A DNA stretch of 64,000 nt from Basidiobolus meristosporus CBS 931.73 (Eukaryota > Fungi > Basidiobolomycota): contig MCFE01000392.1 of assembly GCA_002104905.1 (NCBI GenBank), positions 1 to 64,000 on the forward strand. Reading direction: 5' to 3'. Below the pieces are notes generated by a model. The model was not told the DNA's origin and did not search any database. It saw only the letters and a program-made list of their open reading frames with translations. Within the stretch, counting starts at the first letter, position 1. Each line of letters opens with the position of its first letter. A program made the position numbers and the translations under genes. Positions 22,880 to 36,375 of the stretch are shown here, in pieces.

Positions 22880-23407
22880 TGTCATGATTACATGGCATCC
22901 TTGGCCGTTCATGATTTGAAAAATTAAGTCAGTGAAGAAATCCTAGTTCCTACTAGAAAGTTTTACTACATTCTAGCTACTTCTGGAAAGCTCCAAGTCA
23001 ATATTACCCAATGGAGCATTCTATGGAAGCTTCCCTTTGGAATTCATGTAGCCCAATACCATATATGGTAATTTCATATCATGGGACTTATTTATATGAT
23101 CAGCTGACTCTTGGCATATCCCCATATGGTGCTCTAGTTTGTTTCTTATTATATTTCTATCTTGGCACACTGACTGTGCCTCACCCCAGAAACCCATCAG
23201 TATTAGCCAATAACTCTTGGCATCCATATTGCCAAAAAGTGTATGTAGTTCTATCTCCCTGTATGTATTCCTCAGTCTGATAAGCATAGGTCCTGAATAA
23301 ATAGCCCTGCCTAGGAAACACACCTTGCCTTGTTGATCCACACCTAAATCCTTTCCTGGTTCTGCCTTGCCAAGCTCTGCTCTCCTATCTTGTGTCTGTT
23401 CATAGCA
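22880..23407 (+). repeat. Solo or isolated LTR related to family C (528 bp)
   Basis: TGTCATGA...TCATAGCA, homologous to 17205-17726. Flanks gtttc/gtttt are an imperfect match. Confidence 0.7.
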
Positions 23408-23879
23408 GTTTTATCAGACTCCTCTTGACTTGCCTTTAGATCTCTGCCTTCTACCCACAGTTCTTGAGAAGAACTTGTAAAGGAATACCAACCATAAGTA
23501 TCACCCTGCATCTTTCCATAGTCTTATCCTCAAAAGGCAAATATAATTTGTCTTTGTAAAATTATTGGCCAATGCTGCATTCACTATATTACACTGCTGG
23601 TGTAGTAACAGTAGTAACAGTGTTGGAAGCTTTAGTACAATACCCTATCAAAGGATGTTCAAGCAAGTACCATCTGAAGTGATGCTAACTTATTCAAAGT
23701 TGGGGATTGTAACTCAATAATTATATTCTTAACAAACTAGTGGCTTTATAACCCACATATTAGCTAGTAGTATTCAGTATTCCTGAGCAAGATATACTCC
23801 ACTACTAAGTTCAGTGGCTCCTAAAATGAATTCTGAGGTTTCATCAACATAGTCAAACACTACTTGTAACTATAGCCTA

Positions 23880-26475
23880 ATTGGTACTTAACAGATCAAG
23901 CAAAAGTTGGTTGTATCTCTGGCCTGTTCACTGGATTCACCCAGATATAGTTCTCCCTTTTGGCAGCAACCAACTCCCCTCTACTCAATGACTACCATAC
24001 CCTCCTTACAGAAATGGAGCTGACATTTGGCAACATTGATCAAGCCAGAGCTGCTGTCAACAACATCAAGAACTTGAAGCAAGGAATCAGACCTGATCAG
24101 CCTATCCTCTGAATTCTGGCCACTAGCCAGTGATTTGGGTCTTTGGGGTGATGCTACCCTAATTGGTCAGTGTCAAGATGGACTCAATGATGCAGTCAGT
24201 GACCAACTACTAACACTCCTGGACCCAACTACCTTGGGTGAAGCATACATCAAGTAATTTAGGGTAGGGTGACCATGTGACAATTGCCTTTTCCAGAAGA
24301 AACAGAAGTTCAGACATACTTATCAGCCAACCTCCTTCCCGGTAATCCAGTCACCTGGTACAAAGCTTAATGATCCTATGAAAAATGACAGTGCCAAATA
24401 CAAGAAAACTACAAAAGAAGAAAGATCTAGATGTCAACAGGAAACCTCTGCCTTTACTGTGGCCAATCAGGCCACTTTGCCAAGTCTAGTTCCAGCCAGA
24501 AGTCCAGCTACAAACTCATACAATCATCCAGTGAACAGCCTTCTCCAGAGTTGTTGGGAAGCTCCAGTGTCCGGATACAATGACAGGCTTGTAATTGGAC
24601 CCTCCCATGAAAATTTAACATAGTTAAGAAGCATCATATGCTACAGAGTCCATCAGACCTGAAGAATGCCTGTCAACATCCATATCCCTGAATCCAGTCC
24701 TGTCCATATCCTTGCACTCATAAATTCTGGTGCTTCCTCCTATTTCATTGACCAGTCCTTTGGCCAGAAGTACAACATCCCTACTATCCGGAAGTCCTGT
24801 CCTGTTCAAGTAGAAGTCATTGATGGAAAATACCTCTCTATTGGTGCTGTTACCCATGGGATATGTTTACTTGAGCTATCCAGTACTGGTCACCATGAGA
24901 CACTAGCCTTCATCATCAACTTTCCCCATTACCCCATAGTTCTTGGAAGCTCATGGCTTAGTTACCATAGCCCAGCTATCAACCGGTAGTCCAAAACCCT
25001 GACATTCCCCAGAGTCCATCATGTCAGCTCTGTGAAAGCACCTGACTTATCAGGTGAAGAAGTATCTTTTCCCAAGCTACCCCAGACCCAAGAGCCCATC
25101 ATCACTGAAGAAACCCCCTCCATGTGTTTGATAAGAAGAAAGCAGAATTACTCCTGGTGCCTAGATGCCATAATTGTCCCATTGACCTTCAAAATCAAAA
25201 AACCCCACCTTTTGGCCCTCTCTACAGCCTCTCACTGCCTGAGTTGAAAGAACTCCATTACAATACCAAAGAAAACCTCCAGACAGGCTTTATTCAGCTC
25301 TCCAAGTCCCCAGCTGGTGCCCCAATCCACTTTGTCAAAAAAGAGTATGGCACCCTAGAATGTATGTAGACTATTGTGCACTGAATAAGATTACTTCAAG
25401 AGCTGCTACCCTTTGCCCCCAATCAACACCCTGCTGTATCAACTCTCTGCTGCAAAAGTATTTACCATAATTGATCTCAGAGGAGCTTATAACCTTGTCA
25501 GGATCAAGCGTGGTGATGAATGTATAACTCCTTCTTTTGTGCCCCCTGCTTGCTCACCCTGACCTTGAGGAACCTTTCATCATACAAACTAATGCCTCCA
25601 ACTTTGCCCTTGGTACCATCCTTTCCCAGTATGATGACAAGAATGTGCTACAACCCATTGTATTTTACTTTTGAGAATTTACTCCATCTGAAGTAAACTA
25701 TGATATCTATGACAAGAAACTACTTATAATCATTGATGCTTTTAAATAATGAAGACACTACCTTGTTTGTTCATCCCAAAAGATAAAGATCTTGTATGAC
25801 CACCAGAACCTTGAGTACTTTACCACCTGAAAAGTACTAAACCAGAGACAAGCCAAATGGTCCCTCTTCCTGTCTAGCTTTGACTTTGCCATCACCTATA
25901 GACCAGGGGTGAAACAACAAAACCTGATGCTCTCTCCAGAACGGCAGAGTAATCCCTCAAAGTAGGAGATGATGCCTGTAGGCAAATGAAATACCCTGTA
26001 CTCAACAAAATACACTTTGAGCTCCTTGCAATCCAGTCCTCCAGTATTCTAGCTCCTGTACTCCTTAAGAAAGTCAGGACCAGCCAAGCCACCAACTCCA
26101 TAGCAGCAACAATCAAGAAATATTTCAAGTCTCCCACTGACCCAGCACCCAAGTTCACAAACCTCCAGTACCTACATCTAGTCAATAACATCATCTATCA
26201 CAAGCACCAACTATTTATCCTATACCTTGATACCCAGTTGGATATCATCCATTCTTGCCATGATTCAATGGCTGCAGGACATCTTGGTACTGCCAAGACC
26301 ATGAATGCAATTAAGAGACTTCTGGTGGTGCAAGATGATATCCCTTGTCAAGGAGTACATCTAATCCTGTGATACATGTAATTGTGCAAAATCAGCCAGA
26401 CACCAGCCATATGGCCTTCTTCAACCCTTGTCAATCCCTGACCAGCAATGGCAGTAAATCTCAATGGACTTCATC
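23880..26475 (+). mobile_element. Degenerate C-like chromovirus internal region
   Basis: Aligns to 9375-9750 and 13375-16135, with a deletion of most of RT near 25525 and many stops. Confidence 0.85.
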
Positions 26476-26899
26476 ACTTATAATCAGAGAGCCTGAGGAG
26501 TCTGCATTATTACCTTCAATGGGCACACTGTCCACAGGGCCTTTTTTGGATGAAGCCCTGCTTTTTGTACTGAATGTCAAAGCAGACTATTGTCCAACTG
26601 TACTTCTGTTGCCATCAGCAGTGGGGTTTGGTTGAGGTCTAGACAACTTTGCTTTATTTTTTAGTGGCACATATATGGAAGTGAATCAAATCAAAGGGGA
26701 AATAGCGTTACATATATGTGTGTATGTGGTGCCACAACTTTATTTGTAATGCTTACTATGGTAGGTCATCATTGAATCTTACAATCATGTAGGTTCAATG
26801 TCTCAAATTCAAGACTGTCTTTAATCCATATGAGTATTGACCAAGAGGTGATATGATAGCGTTACATTGTTGAAGGTCAAACTGTTTGCCCCATGGACA

Positions 26900-29500
26900 A
26901 GACTACTTTGACTCAGCGTTGTAAGAGAAGAGAAAAAAGACTATGTGGCTATTGTGGCAAACTTCTCAGCCATGAAGCACACAAACAGCATGGGAAGTAT
27001 TACAAGGATCACAGCCAGTGTTTTGCCACCCAAGTCATGTTTGACCATTAATTGAACACTACTGTACCAACATTATCTTGCCAGCCAGTTGATATATTTG
27101 TATTGGCACCTGACTGTATTTGTCACCTTGCGCAAACTGAGTCAGGTGAGTTTGTGATGCCTTTAGGCTCACCTCAGCCTTCTGGATATGGCACACATAG
27201 TGATAGCTCTGATAAAGAAGGTTCACTGATAGCTGTTGAGCCTATCTCCCCTAACAACAGTACCACATAAGAGCCTGGTCAAGTCCCTATATGCAATGAG
27301 ACAACACCTGTTGAAACAAATGCCAAGGATACTTTATGGTGCCAAGTGAGCCCAGTAATCCATCTACTGGTGAATGATGTAATGTTGTGGCTAAAAAAGT
27401 GGCATGTCTCCACTAATATTAGTAATGGTGCTTTGAGGATTTATTACTACTTGTTGCCATAATCATACTAGCATGCAACTTGCCATGTACATGGTACAAG
27501 TGGACAATCATCATGCGGTTGGCAACCTATGATCCCAAGACTGTCCTGATTCCAGCATGTGTTAACAGTTGAATGGCATTTGCATCCAAAAATGCTACCA
27601 TTGCAACATGTCCAAATTGTCAGGAATCCACCACAATTGAGGGAAAACATTGTTGACACTCCGGATATATTCTGGTCATATCCCATCTGAGGAAGCTGAT
27701 GCAGTCCAACAAATATTGCAAAGCTATACGGTACCGCACCTAGTATCAATCAAGCACAAACATATCCAGTATATTTGATGGCAAACATTACAAACAGCCA
27801 AGAAGTAAGGGCTACTATGAAGGTATGTATGACCATGACTTTGCTTTAGCACTTGATGAATTCTCATTGAACAAGCACTCAACCAGCAAATCTGGTTGGC
27901 CACCAATTCTCTTCAATATGAATCTGCCACCCATCTTACAATATCAGAGCAATAATTTGATGGTAGTCTCACTGGTATCTGGGCCTAAATCACCGTCCAA
28001 CCTGGATAGCAACCTGAATCCATTGCTGGATAAATTCTGTATGCTTTCCAGCATGATAATGGTAAATGGCCATCATGTAAAAGCTGATATAATTATCTGC
28101 ATTGGAGATACCACAGCCATCAGCAAGATAGCAGGTTTTTCTGGGCACAATAGATGGTATTGCTTTCATATGTGTGAGATCCAGGGGATTTACTCCATAA
28201 CTCACACACATTATTAGTACTCAAACACTGGCACTAAGAACATCATTTTTCCACAGAGAGAACATACAGAAGTAAGCCTGCAAATGCAGCAAAGTTGGCA
28301 AGGTATAAGCCATTAGCTGGAGTATGGAATCAATTGGAGACCAGAGATACTTAAGATAGAGGGTATCTGTTGGAGCAAAAGCTTTTCGCTAGGAGCAATG
28401 CATTTGCCTTTCAACAATATCCCTATACTGATGACCAAGTTGTGCATGAGGCATTTCAAGCTAAATGAGCCCTTCAAGATACCGGAGAAATTTGTAAGAA
28501 TTGGCAAGATATTACAGAGTATCTATTACCCTAAGTACTTCTCATGGGCTCCAATTAATATTCATATGCTTAGGTGACAATACAAATGCAAAGACTGGAT
28601 GAACTGGATATGTATTTATTCAAATGGTGTTCTGAAGTCATTCCTTCCAAGAGTACATTGGAAGCATTGGGAGTAATATGTGGACATTGTAGGAATATAT
28701 ATCCAGAAGCGGATCACCAATGCCAACTTGACACATCTACAGTTGTTGTGTGAAGAGTTTGTGACAGGATTTGAGCTGCTATGTTACAAATATAAAGCAG
28801 AATGTGTAGATCTCTGCCATTACTGTAACTATTCTCTACTCCATCTTGCACAATGTGAGGAGTATATTGGGCCTTGCTTCACCTTTTGGGAGTTTCCTAT
28901 CCAGTGGATGTGTGGGGAGATAGGAAGACAAGTCAAGTTGCAAGTACTACCATATCCCAATCTCATCAAGAATATTACCTTCAAGTCTGTCATTGATGTG
29001 ATGAGTTGGCACATGGTGAACAGCCAGAAAGGGCTCAAAAATACTGAGGACAAATGTGCACATGGAGACACCCATGCCTATGGCATTAAGAAGCTGAGCA
29101 GTCCCAATGTGTGGGTAATCAGTTAAGTAATGCAAAGTTAGGTTGGGTGCAACAAGCAACTAAATAATATCAGGAAAACTCTACCAAGGTATGCCAGATT
29201 TCTCATGGTCACAAGCCAGCTTCTACACCATTCAATACAGAATTCACACAAACAAAAGCCAGAATGCACCTACAGGGGGGATTAGAAGCCAGCAGGGAGA
29301 TAGAATATATTGGCTAAATACCAAGAAGTTCTTTGCTGATATTCAGGAGGTATTCACGGCAGAGGTGGCAACAACTGAGCATATGTTTACAAGATGTATA
29401 TGTTACCAGCAGTAAAAGGTATATGGCAACTTTGCAAGTATCACACTCAAAAGCCATAAAGTTGAGGTGATAAAAGTGTGTCAATTGCGGCAGGTGTGTG
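26900..29500 (+). pseudogene. Transposase_21/tnp2-like (CACTA) transposase, degenerate
   Basis: IFDGKHY, MNLPP, SGPKSPSNLDSNLNPLLD, IGDTTAISKIAGFSGHN..CxxC, CHYCNYSLLHLA and GPCFTFWEFPIQWMCG motifs, with stops and frameshifts. Confidence 0.8.
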
Positions 29501-29984
29501 TGTTTGAAAGGTCAGTAAGCAGGAGGCCATAGTTTTTTTGATTCAAACTATGTATGGAATACCCAAGGTAGTAGTGGGTAAGCAAATAAAGAGGGGTGAT
29601 TCTACAGTGGAATATATGATTGCACAAGGGGAGGTAGAAGAAGGAAATACCATTTGGTATGCTGGTATGGTAGCATTATACAGAACCAGCAGTAGGCCAT
29701 CATACCGCCAATATAATACCATCAGAGTCTTGCTGTAAGGCCTTCAAAATACCGTCAAGTTTCTTGCCACATAAGGCAGTTGGATGTCCTTGCCAACTGG
29801 ATCCACATAAAATAGTAATAGAGCGCAGAAAGACCGCAACAATACCATGCAAATATTGTCAAGTTTTATCCCTGTATTTGGTTGTAAAGTTAGTGAAACA
29901 CTATTATGATCCCATCATAAGATTGTTAAGAGGGTCACTAATTCCATGCTGCTGTAATTATGATGGTCTCTAAACAGGAATTCA

Positions 29985-30940
29985 ATGGCTGATACAGATT
30001 GCATTTACCCACAGGACCAAATTATTTTTCATAGGGAGGTATATAACAAGACAAATATTCAAGTCCAGAATGTGCTGAGAGTGAGGGGATTTGCAGAGGA
30101 AGCTGTGTGCAATGAATGCCTTGCACAATTTGCACAGTACAGGCTGGATGTATCTGGTTTGTGCCTTAACTTAGGGAGCCAAAGAGATTTTGAATATGTT
30201 TTATCTCAAATGACTAATGTAATAAATGTTATATTAGTGGAGCTAAGTGGCTTCTGAGAGCAATACACACAGGACTCATTAAGGCAACAGTTCCAAAGTA
30301 TTGGACAGACAGTAAGTGAACACCTTGAGGAATCGAAAGGTGAGCTTCAGGAGGACGCATACTGACCGCAAGCAACTGTGTTAAGATTGCACCAGAATGC
30401 CTTGCCGGATTCCTTACCATCCCCTGCAATGTTGGCATGCCAGTGCATGTCAGTACTACCTATGCCAACACCCTTCACAAGTGTGCCCTGCATCAAGTCA
30501 GTGCACATCACTTTAACATGAATGCTTCAGAACAAAATTACCAGAACTCACCTTACTGCTCATGTAGACACAATTCCATTGGAGTAGGCAAAGTTGCATC
30601 AACATGTAACAGCACATCAAGCTCAGCCAAGGGCTATACCAAAACATCAGGTTGCAACTGTGCATACAAATACACCTGAGCATCAGCAAGTTACTTGTGG
30701 TGAACTGACTGACAATCACCCACAGGAAGTGCCTCCACCACCAGAACCTTTGGCAAGTAAAGAACACATCAGCACATGGTACTTCATGTGGGTTCTGCTA
30801 TATCATCTGGAGCAATTCAGTGCAGCCAAGCCCCAGCATTACACTCATCACTTAGGAAGCAAAATACTGACTGCAAGTACACAAGTAGCCAAGAGGATAG
30901 TCAACAAGGAAGTAGTTCAGGTGTGCAAAGTGAATAACTA
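29985..30940 (+). pseudogene. Family G accessory ORF-B of unknown function
   Basis: LRVRGFxEEA...CLNxGxQxD..KMTNV..ILVELxGF is conserved with 53950-54870 (-). Confidence 0.55.
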
Positions 30941-31436
30941 CTAAACACCTCAGTGGTAATCCCTGTGAGAAAAAAACCTAGGAGAAGATAATGCAATTGC
31001 ATTAAATTGGTACCATTTGTCATGATCCAAATAATGCATTTTTGGAATCCATATTGAGCCATCACAAATCAGTGATCATTAGATTTTTGATATAAGTTAT
31101 ATCAAGATGATCTCACATTTACAACGGAGCCCCTATGATAGACTCACTGCATATGAATACATCATCTGTAACACCAGTGCAGCTATATGATCTGATTTGC
31201 ACTTGCACAATTGGTTGCATGCTTGCTATGATGCCATATCCAATTGCTAACATGAGGGACTTACTTGCTCAATGAGCAAAATGGGATATTTGATGGCAAA
31301 TCAGGTAGCTTGTGTATTAGTCAATAAGCCAATTGGTGGCTAAGAGCTTCAGGATACCTTAGACCAATCAGCCATTGACATTCCATCCAATTAGAGGGAT
31401 GATAACCAAAATGGTAAGTAACAGTGTAGTTGATAG

Positions 31437-34400
31437 TGTTACAAGTCTTGGCATAAAAGTTGTAGAGAAGTAGGGAGTTTAGCTAGTATTGTATTCACTA
31501 AAACTTGAACTGATTTTTATTGAGGTTCCAGCAGCTCCTTATATACATTTTGCCAAATCAATTGCTGACTAATTGTATTTCCTAATGTAGGTTGTGGCTG
31601 ATGACTCATTTGATTGCATCATCATCACCCAATAAGATCCTACTTAATATATCTATTTCTGTCTGATAAGGATCTGCTGATTCATTTGCTGACTAATGCT
31701 ACTGATTTCATAGATAATACTGATATACTGATAACCTAAACATATACTAATTGATTTTGACTAAAAACTGATCTAACTTAAACATTCAAGCGGCAGATCA
31801 TAACATTCTCCCCTACTAAAGTTGAGAGGGTTCTCCTGAATCTCTTTTCTTGTGATACCAATATCTTAATGGTTCAGTATTATCAGCAAGTCTTGCAAGC
31901 TTGAGTCTGTCCCTATGCACTAAGTCTTCCCGGATATTGCCTTGTTTGTCCACCAGTTGGTAAGTTGCAAATGGACATTCTCTGATGATCTTGAATGGTC
32001 CTGGCCATTGTGGCTCAAACTTCTTCCAAGTGTTGTTTCTTAGCAATACAAAGTTCCCAACTGTCAATGCTTCTGGTGCTATAGTCTTATCAAATCTCTG
32101 CTTCATCTTTTCTGCGCTTTGAGATACTTTGGTCTGTGCCTCTTGACGTCTTTGTTCCAGTTGCTGGTGTCTACTTGGCTGACTGAGTTCATCATCTAAG
32201 GTGTCTGTAAGCTTTGGTTGTGTGAGATCTCCTGGAATCCTTGGTTCACATCCATAAACTAAGTAAAATGGTGATTGCTGGGTGGTGTTGTGTACTCTGA
32301 CTCTGCATGCCAAGAGTGCTTGGTCTATATACTCATCCCATCTACTGACAACTCCATTTGCATACTTGGTCAGCATTTTTCCAAATAATCCATTAAACCA
32401 CTCAGTGACTCCATTAGTTCTGGGGTGATATGCTGAGGTTTTCAAGTGTCTGATCTGCTGCATTTCCAGGTAAGCCTCTAATGTCTTTGCCATAAAGTTT
32501 GCACCTCTATCGGATAAGATCTCCACAGGGCATCCAAACTTCATTAGGATCTCATGGTAAATGAAACTTGCAACTTCTTGTTCACTGGCTATTGGTACAG
32601 CTTTAGCAGCTGGCCATTTAGTGGCATGGTCAATTGCTACTAGGATCCAATGGTTGCATTTCCTGGTAGTTGGCAGTCTTCCAATAAAGTCAATTCCCCA
32701 TCTCTCAAATGGTCTTACAGGCTCCAAAGGGAAGAGTTTGGCAATTCTTTGTGGCTGGCCTTGATTGATTTGGCAGTTTGGGCATGTTTTTACTAGCTTC
32801 TCAATGTCTTGTTTCATTCTGGGCCACCATGCTCTGGCTTTCACAAGGCTATAGGTTCCTTCAATCCCAAGATGTCCATATCCATTGTGTAGCTTATGTA
32901 TTAAATCCAGGCAAGCAACATAAGGACAATAGGCAATAGGGCTTCCATCAACAACTTGGTAGAGTGTTTCATTCTGTACAACAAATTTGCTGGCTTCATC
33001 ACGGATTATCTTCTTGATATCTTCATCCACCTCATTAGGAATGGCTTGGTCCTCCAAGTACTTTGGTAATGGGCTAGGCCAATCTGATTCATGCACCAAG
33101 TTGAGTTGTGCAACTTGATCTAATCTTGATAAGGCATCAGCTATTGTGTTGTTTTTTCCAGGACAGTAGACAATCTCCAGGTCAAATTGCTGAATGTATT
33201 CACTCCATCTTGTCATTCTTCTAGAGAGTACCTTCTGAATAAATATATACTTGAGGGAGGCATGATCAGTCTTCACAGTGCCTTTGACTCCTTCAATATA
33301 GCATCTCTATGTCTTCAAACAGTGTATTATAGCAAGCATCTCCTTCTCATGGACTGGATAGTTTTGCTCTGCTGAGTTCAGTTTCTTGGATTCAAAGGCA
33401 ACAGGGTAGTCCTTTCCCTTGTGTTCTTGGCTCAGCACTCCACCAATTGCATAATCTGAAGCATCTGTGCACAGAGTGAACTCTTTTCTGAAGTCTGGTA
33501 TTCTTAGGCTTGGCAGCTTAGCAAGTTCATTCTTGAGCGTCTGGAAGGCAGTCTCACAAGCTATGTCCCACCTGTAGGTATTGTCTTTCTTGAGGATATC
33601 AGTTAAAGGGGCTGCAATACTTGCAAATGACTTGACAAATCTCCGGTAATAGGAAACCATTCCAAGGAAGGATCTGAGTTCTGATATGCTATGGGGCTGC
33701 TTCAAATTCTTGATAACTTCAACCTTCTTAGGGTCTAAGGTCACTCCTGTGCTAGTCACTATGTGTCCCAGGTATTCAACGTGTTCCTTGAAGAATTCAC
33801 ACTTGGCTAGCTTGCCATATAGCTTGTTCTCTCTTAGTTTCTTCAAGACCTTTTCAATGTGCACTACGTGATCCTCTTCTGTCTTGCTGTATATCAATAT
33901 GTCATCCAGGTAGATTATCACAAACTTGTCTAAGTGCTCCTGAAAGACAGTCTGCATCAGCGTCATGAATGTTGCAGGGGCATTAGTGAGGCCAAAACTC
34001 ATGACTAAGTACTTGTAATATCCATATCTGGTCCTAAATGCTGTCTTAGGAATATCTTCTGGTTTCACCCTAATTTGGTTGTATCCTGACATGAGGTCAA
34101 TCTTACTGAAAATAGTGGCTCCATTAAGTTGGTCCAAAAGCTCATCAATCCAAGGTATGGGGTACTTATTCTTGACGGTAACTGAGTTCAGGGCTCTGTA
34201 GTCAATGCACATCCTAAGTGTTCCATCCTTCTTTTTCACAAAAAGCACTGGTGCTCCCCAGGCTGACTTGCTGGGCCTGATGTATCCTTGCTCCCATAGC
34301 TGATCAATTTGTCTTTTCATTTCCTCCAATTCCAATGGACTCATTCTGTAAGGTGTCTTGCTCACTGGAGGGCTATCTCCTGTGTCAATGGCATGATCCA

Positions 34401-36375
34401 CGTCTCTGACTGGTGGTAGGCTTACAAGCGCAACTGGAAACACGTCTGAATATTTCTTCAAGAGAGTCTGGACCTGCTGGGGTGCTGGGGTAGAGGAATC
34501 CTCCTGTAATACCGCCATGAGGAACATCTGGGTACCTTTTCTAAGTGCTCTACAGAACTGGGTCTTGCTAAGTTCACTTGTCTCACACACACTGGAATTG
34601 ACCAAGTTGAAATCCAGCCTGGCAGGTAATAGCTCATAGGTCTTGTTGTCTTTTTGGATCTGAGTAGCATGGGTTCTCCAGTTGATTGATGGATTACGAC
34701 AAAATAGCCAGGTTTTCCCAAGTACAAGGTCAAACTTGCAGTTCCAAATATATAAGCCTGTAGGTCTTCTTCATAGTCATTGATCTTCATTCTTACTGGC
34801 TGGGGAATACAGTTGATTATGTGGGAGTTCCCATCAGCTGAGGAGACTGAAGTTGATTTGGTAGGTTCTGAGTTGATTCCAGCTTTCAAAGCAAATTGCT
34901 CTGACATGTACTCATGCAATGCTCCTGAGTCAATCATGATCTTGGCAGGTACTCCATTGATTACTCCATTCAAGTACAATAACTTCCCTGAGTTTGAAGT
35001 CATTTGGGACAAGTACTCTTCTGTCATTTGAAAGGTGAGTTCCAAGTCTTCTTCAAGCTCATCTTCCACATTACTGTGTTCATGGGACTCAATATGGTTG
35101 AAGGTTCTTGTTGGCTGGTGTCCATTTCTTCTCTGAGGGCAGTACTTTGCAATATGTCCCTGCTGGTGGCAATTGAAGCAAAGTCCTCTCTTCTTGCATT
35201 CTTTTAAGGAGGGATTCTTCTGCATAGCATCTATTTCCATTGGTACTGCTTCTGATTGTCTTCTTTCATAATGATTATAGCCTTTCTGATTAGTCACTGT
35301 AGGCTTCCCAACTCCAAACATAGCTGAGTCATGGTCAATGGCAATCTTGATGGCTTCTTCAATAGTCTGAGGTCTTTGGTAATTGACTTCCTTGCAAGTT
35401 CTTTCTTTCAACCCATCAATAAAGTATTCGGCTTGATCCAAGGGGTCCATTCTTTCAATTTGTCCAAGTAGACATCTGCACTCATAGATGTATTCTTGCA
35501 CCATTCCTTTCTGTCTGAGTGTCTTTAACTTCCTTCTTAGTAGTGTCTCCTGGTGTGGAGGCTCAAAAGCATCCTGAATTTCCGACACAAACTCATCCCA
35601 GGTAGAGATTGTAGAGCATCGCATCATAGTAGCTGACCTGATCTTGTTGTGGTACCACTGTAAAGCTGCATCTGCCAGGTAAGAAGCTGCATAATGCAAC
35701 TTGCTCTCTGGAGCAATTCCTTTAGCTTTAAAAGCTTCTTCAATCTGAAAGAGCCAAGTTCCCAGGTTTTCATTGACTCTGCCATGGTACCGGTTGACCT
35801 TCACACTAAAGTTGCTCTTGACAGGGCTTTGCTGGCTCTGAGCCATGGTAGTCATTCCTTGTTGCTGTTGGCTGAGGATCTGGAGTAACTGTTGCTGTTG
35901 GGCCAGGATTTGCTGCATGGCATTCTTCCATTCTTGATTCTCTGACATCTTGAGGGTGGTTTCTTCTTTCTTCAGGAGGGAGGTTTCTGGTTATTGCTGC
36001 TACCAATGTTACAAGTCTTGGTATAAGAGTTGTAGAGAAATAGGGAGTTTAGCTAGTATTGTATTCACTAAAACTTGAACTGATTTTTATTGAGGTTCCA
36101 GCAGCTCCTTATATACATTTTGCCAAATCAATTGCTGACTAATTGTATTTCCTAATGTAGGTTGTGGCTGATGACTCATTTGATTGCATCATCATCACCC
36201 AATAAGATCCTACTTAATATATCTATTTCTGTCTGATAAGGATCTGCTGATTCATTTGCTGACTAATGCTACTGATTTCATAGATAATACTGATATACTG
36301 ATAACCTAAACATATACTAATTGATTTTGACTAAAAACTGATCTAACTTAAACATTCAAGCGGCAGATCATAACA
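31437..36375 (-). mobile_element. Ty3/Gypsy family E, full length, with 4-bp ATAG target duplication
   Basis: 369-bp LTRs at 31437-31805 and 36007-36375 (TGTTA...TAACA). atag at 31433-31436 and 36376-36379. PPT at 31806-31814 and PBS TGGTAGCAG at 35997-36005. Confidence 0.95.
31816..35948 (-). pseudogene. pol: Family E gag-pol split into three frames by lesions
   Basis: ORF 34458-35948 has CFNCHQQGHIAKYC and MIDSGA. ORF 33307-34605 has YLDD and CTDASD. ORF 31816-33276 has IDFIG, SDRGA and GPF. Confidence 0.9.

Noticed and set aside
23420-23880. Possible further integrase remnant on the minus strand
   Set aside because: Too degenerate to assign by eye.
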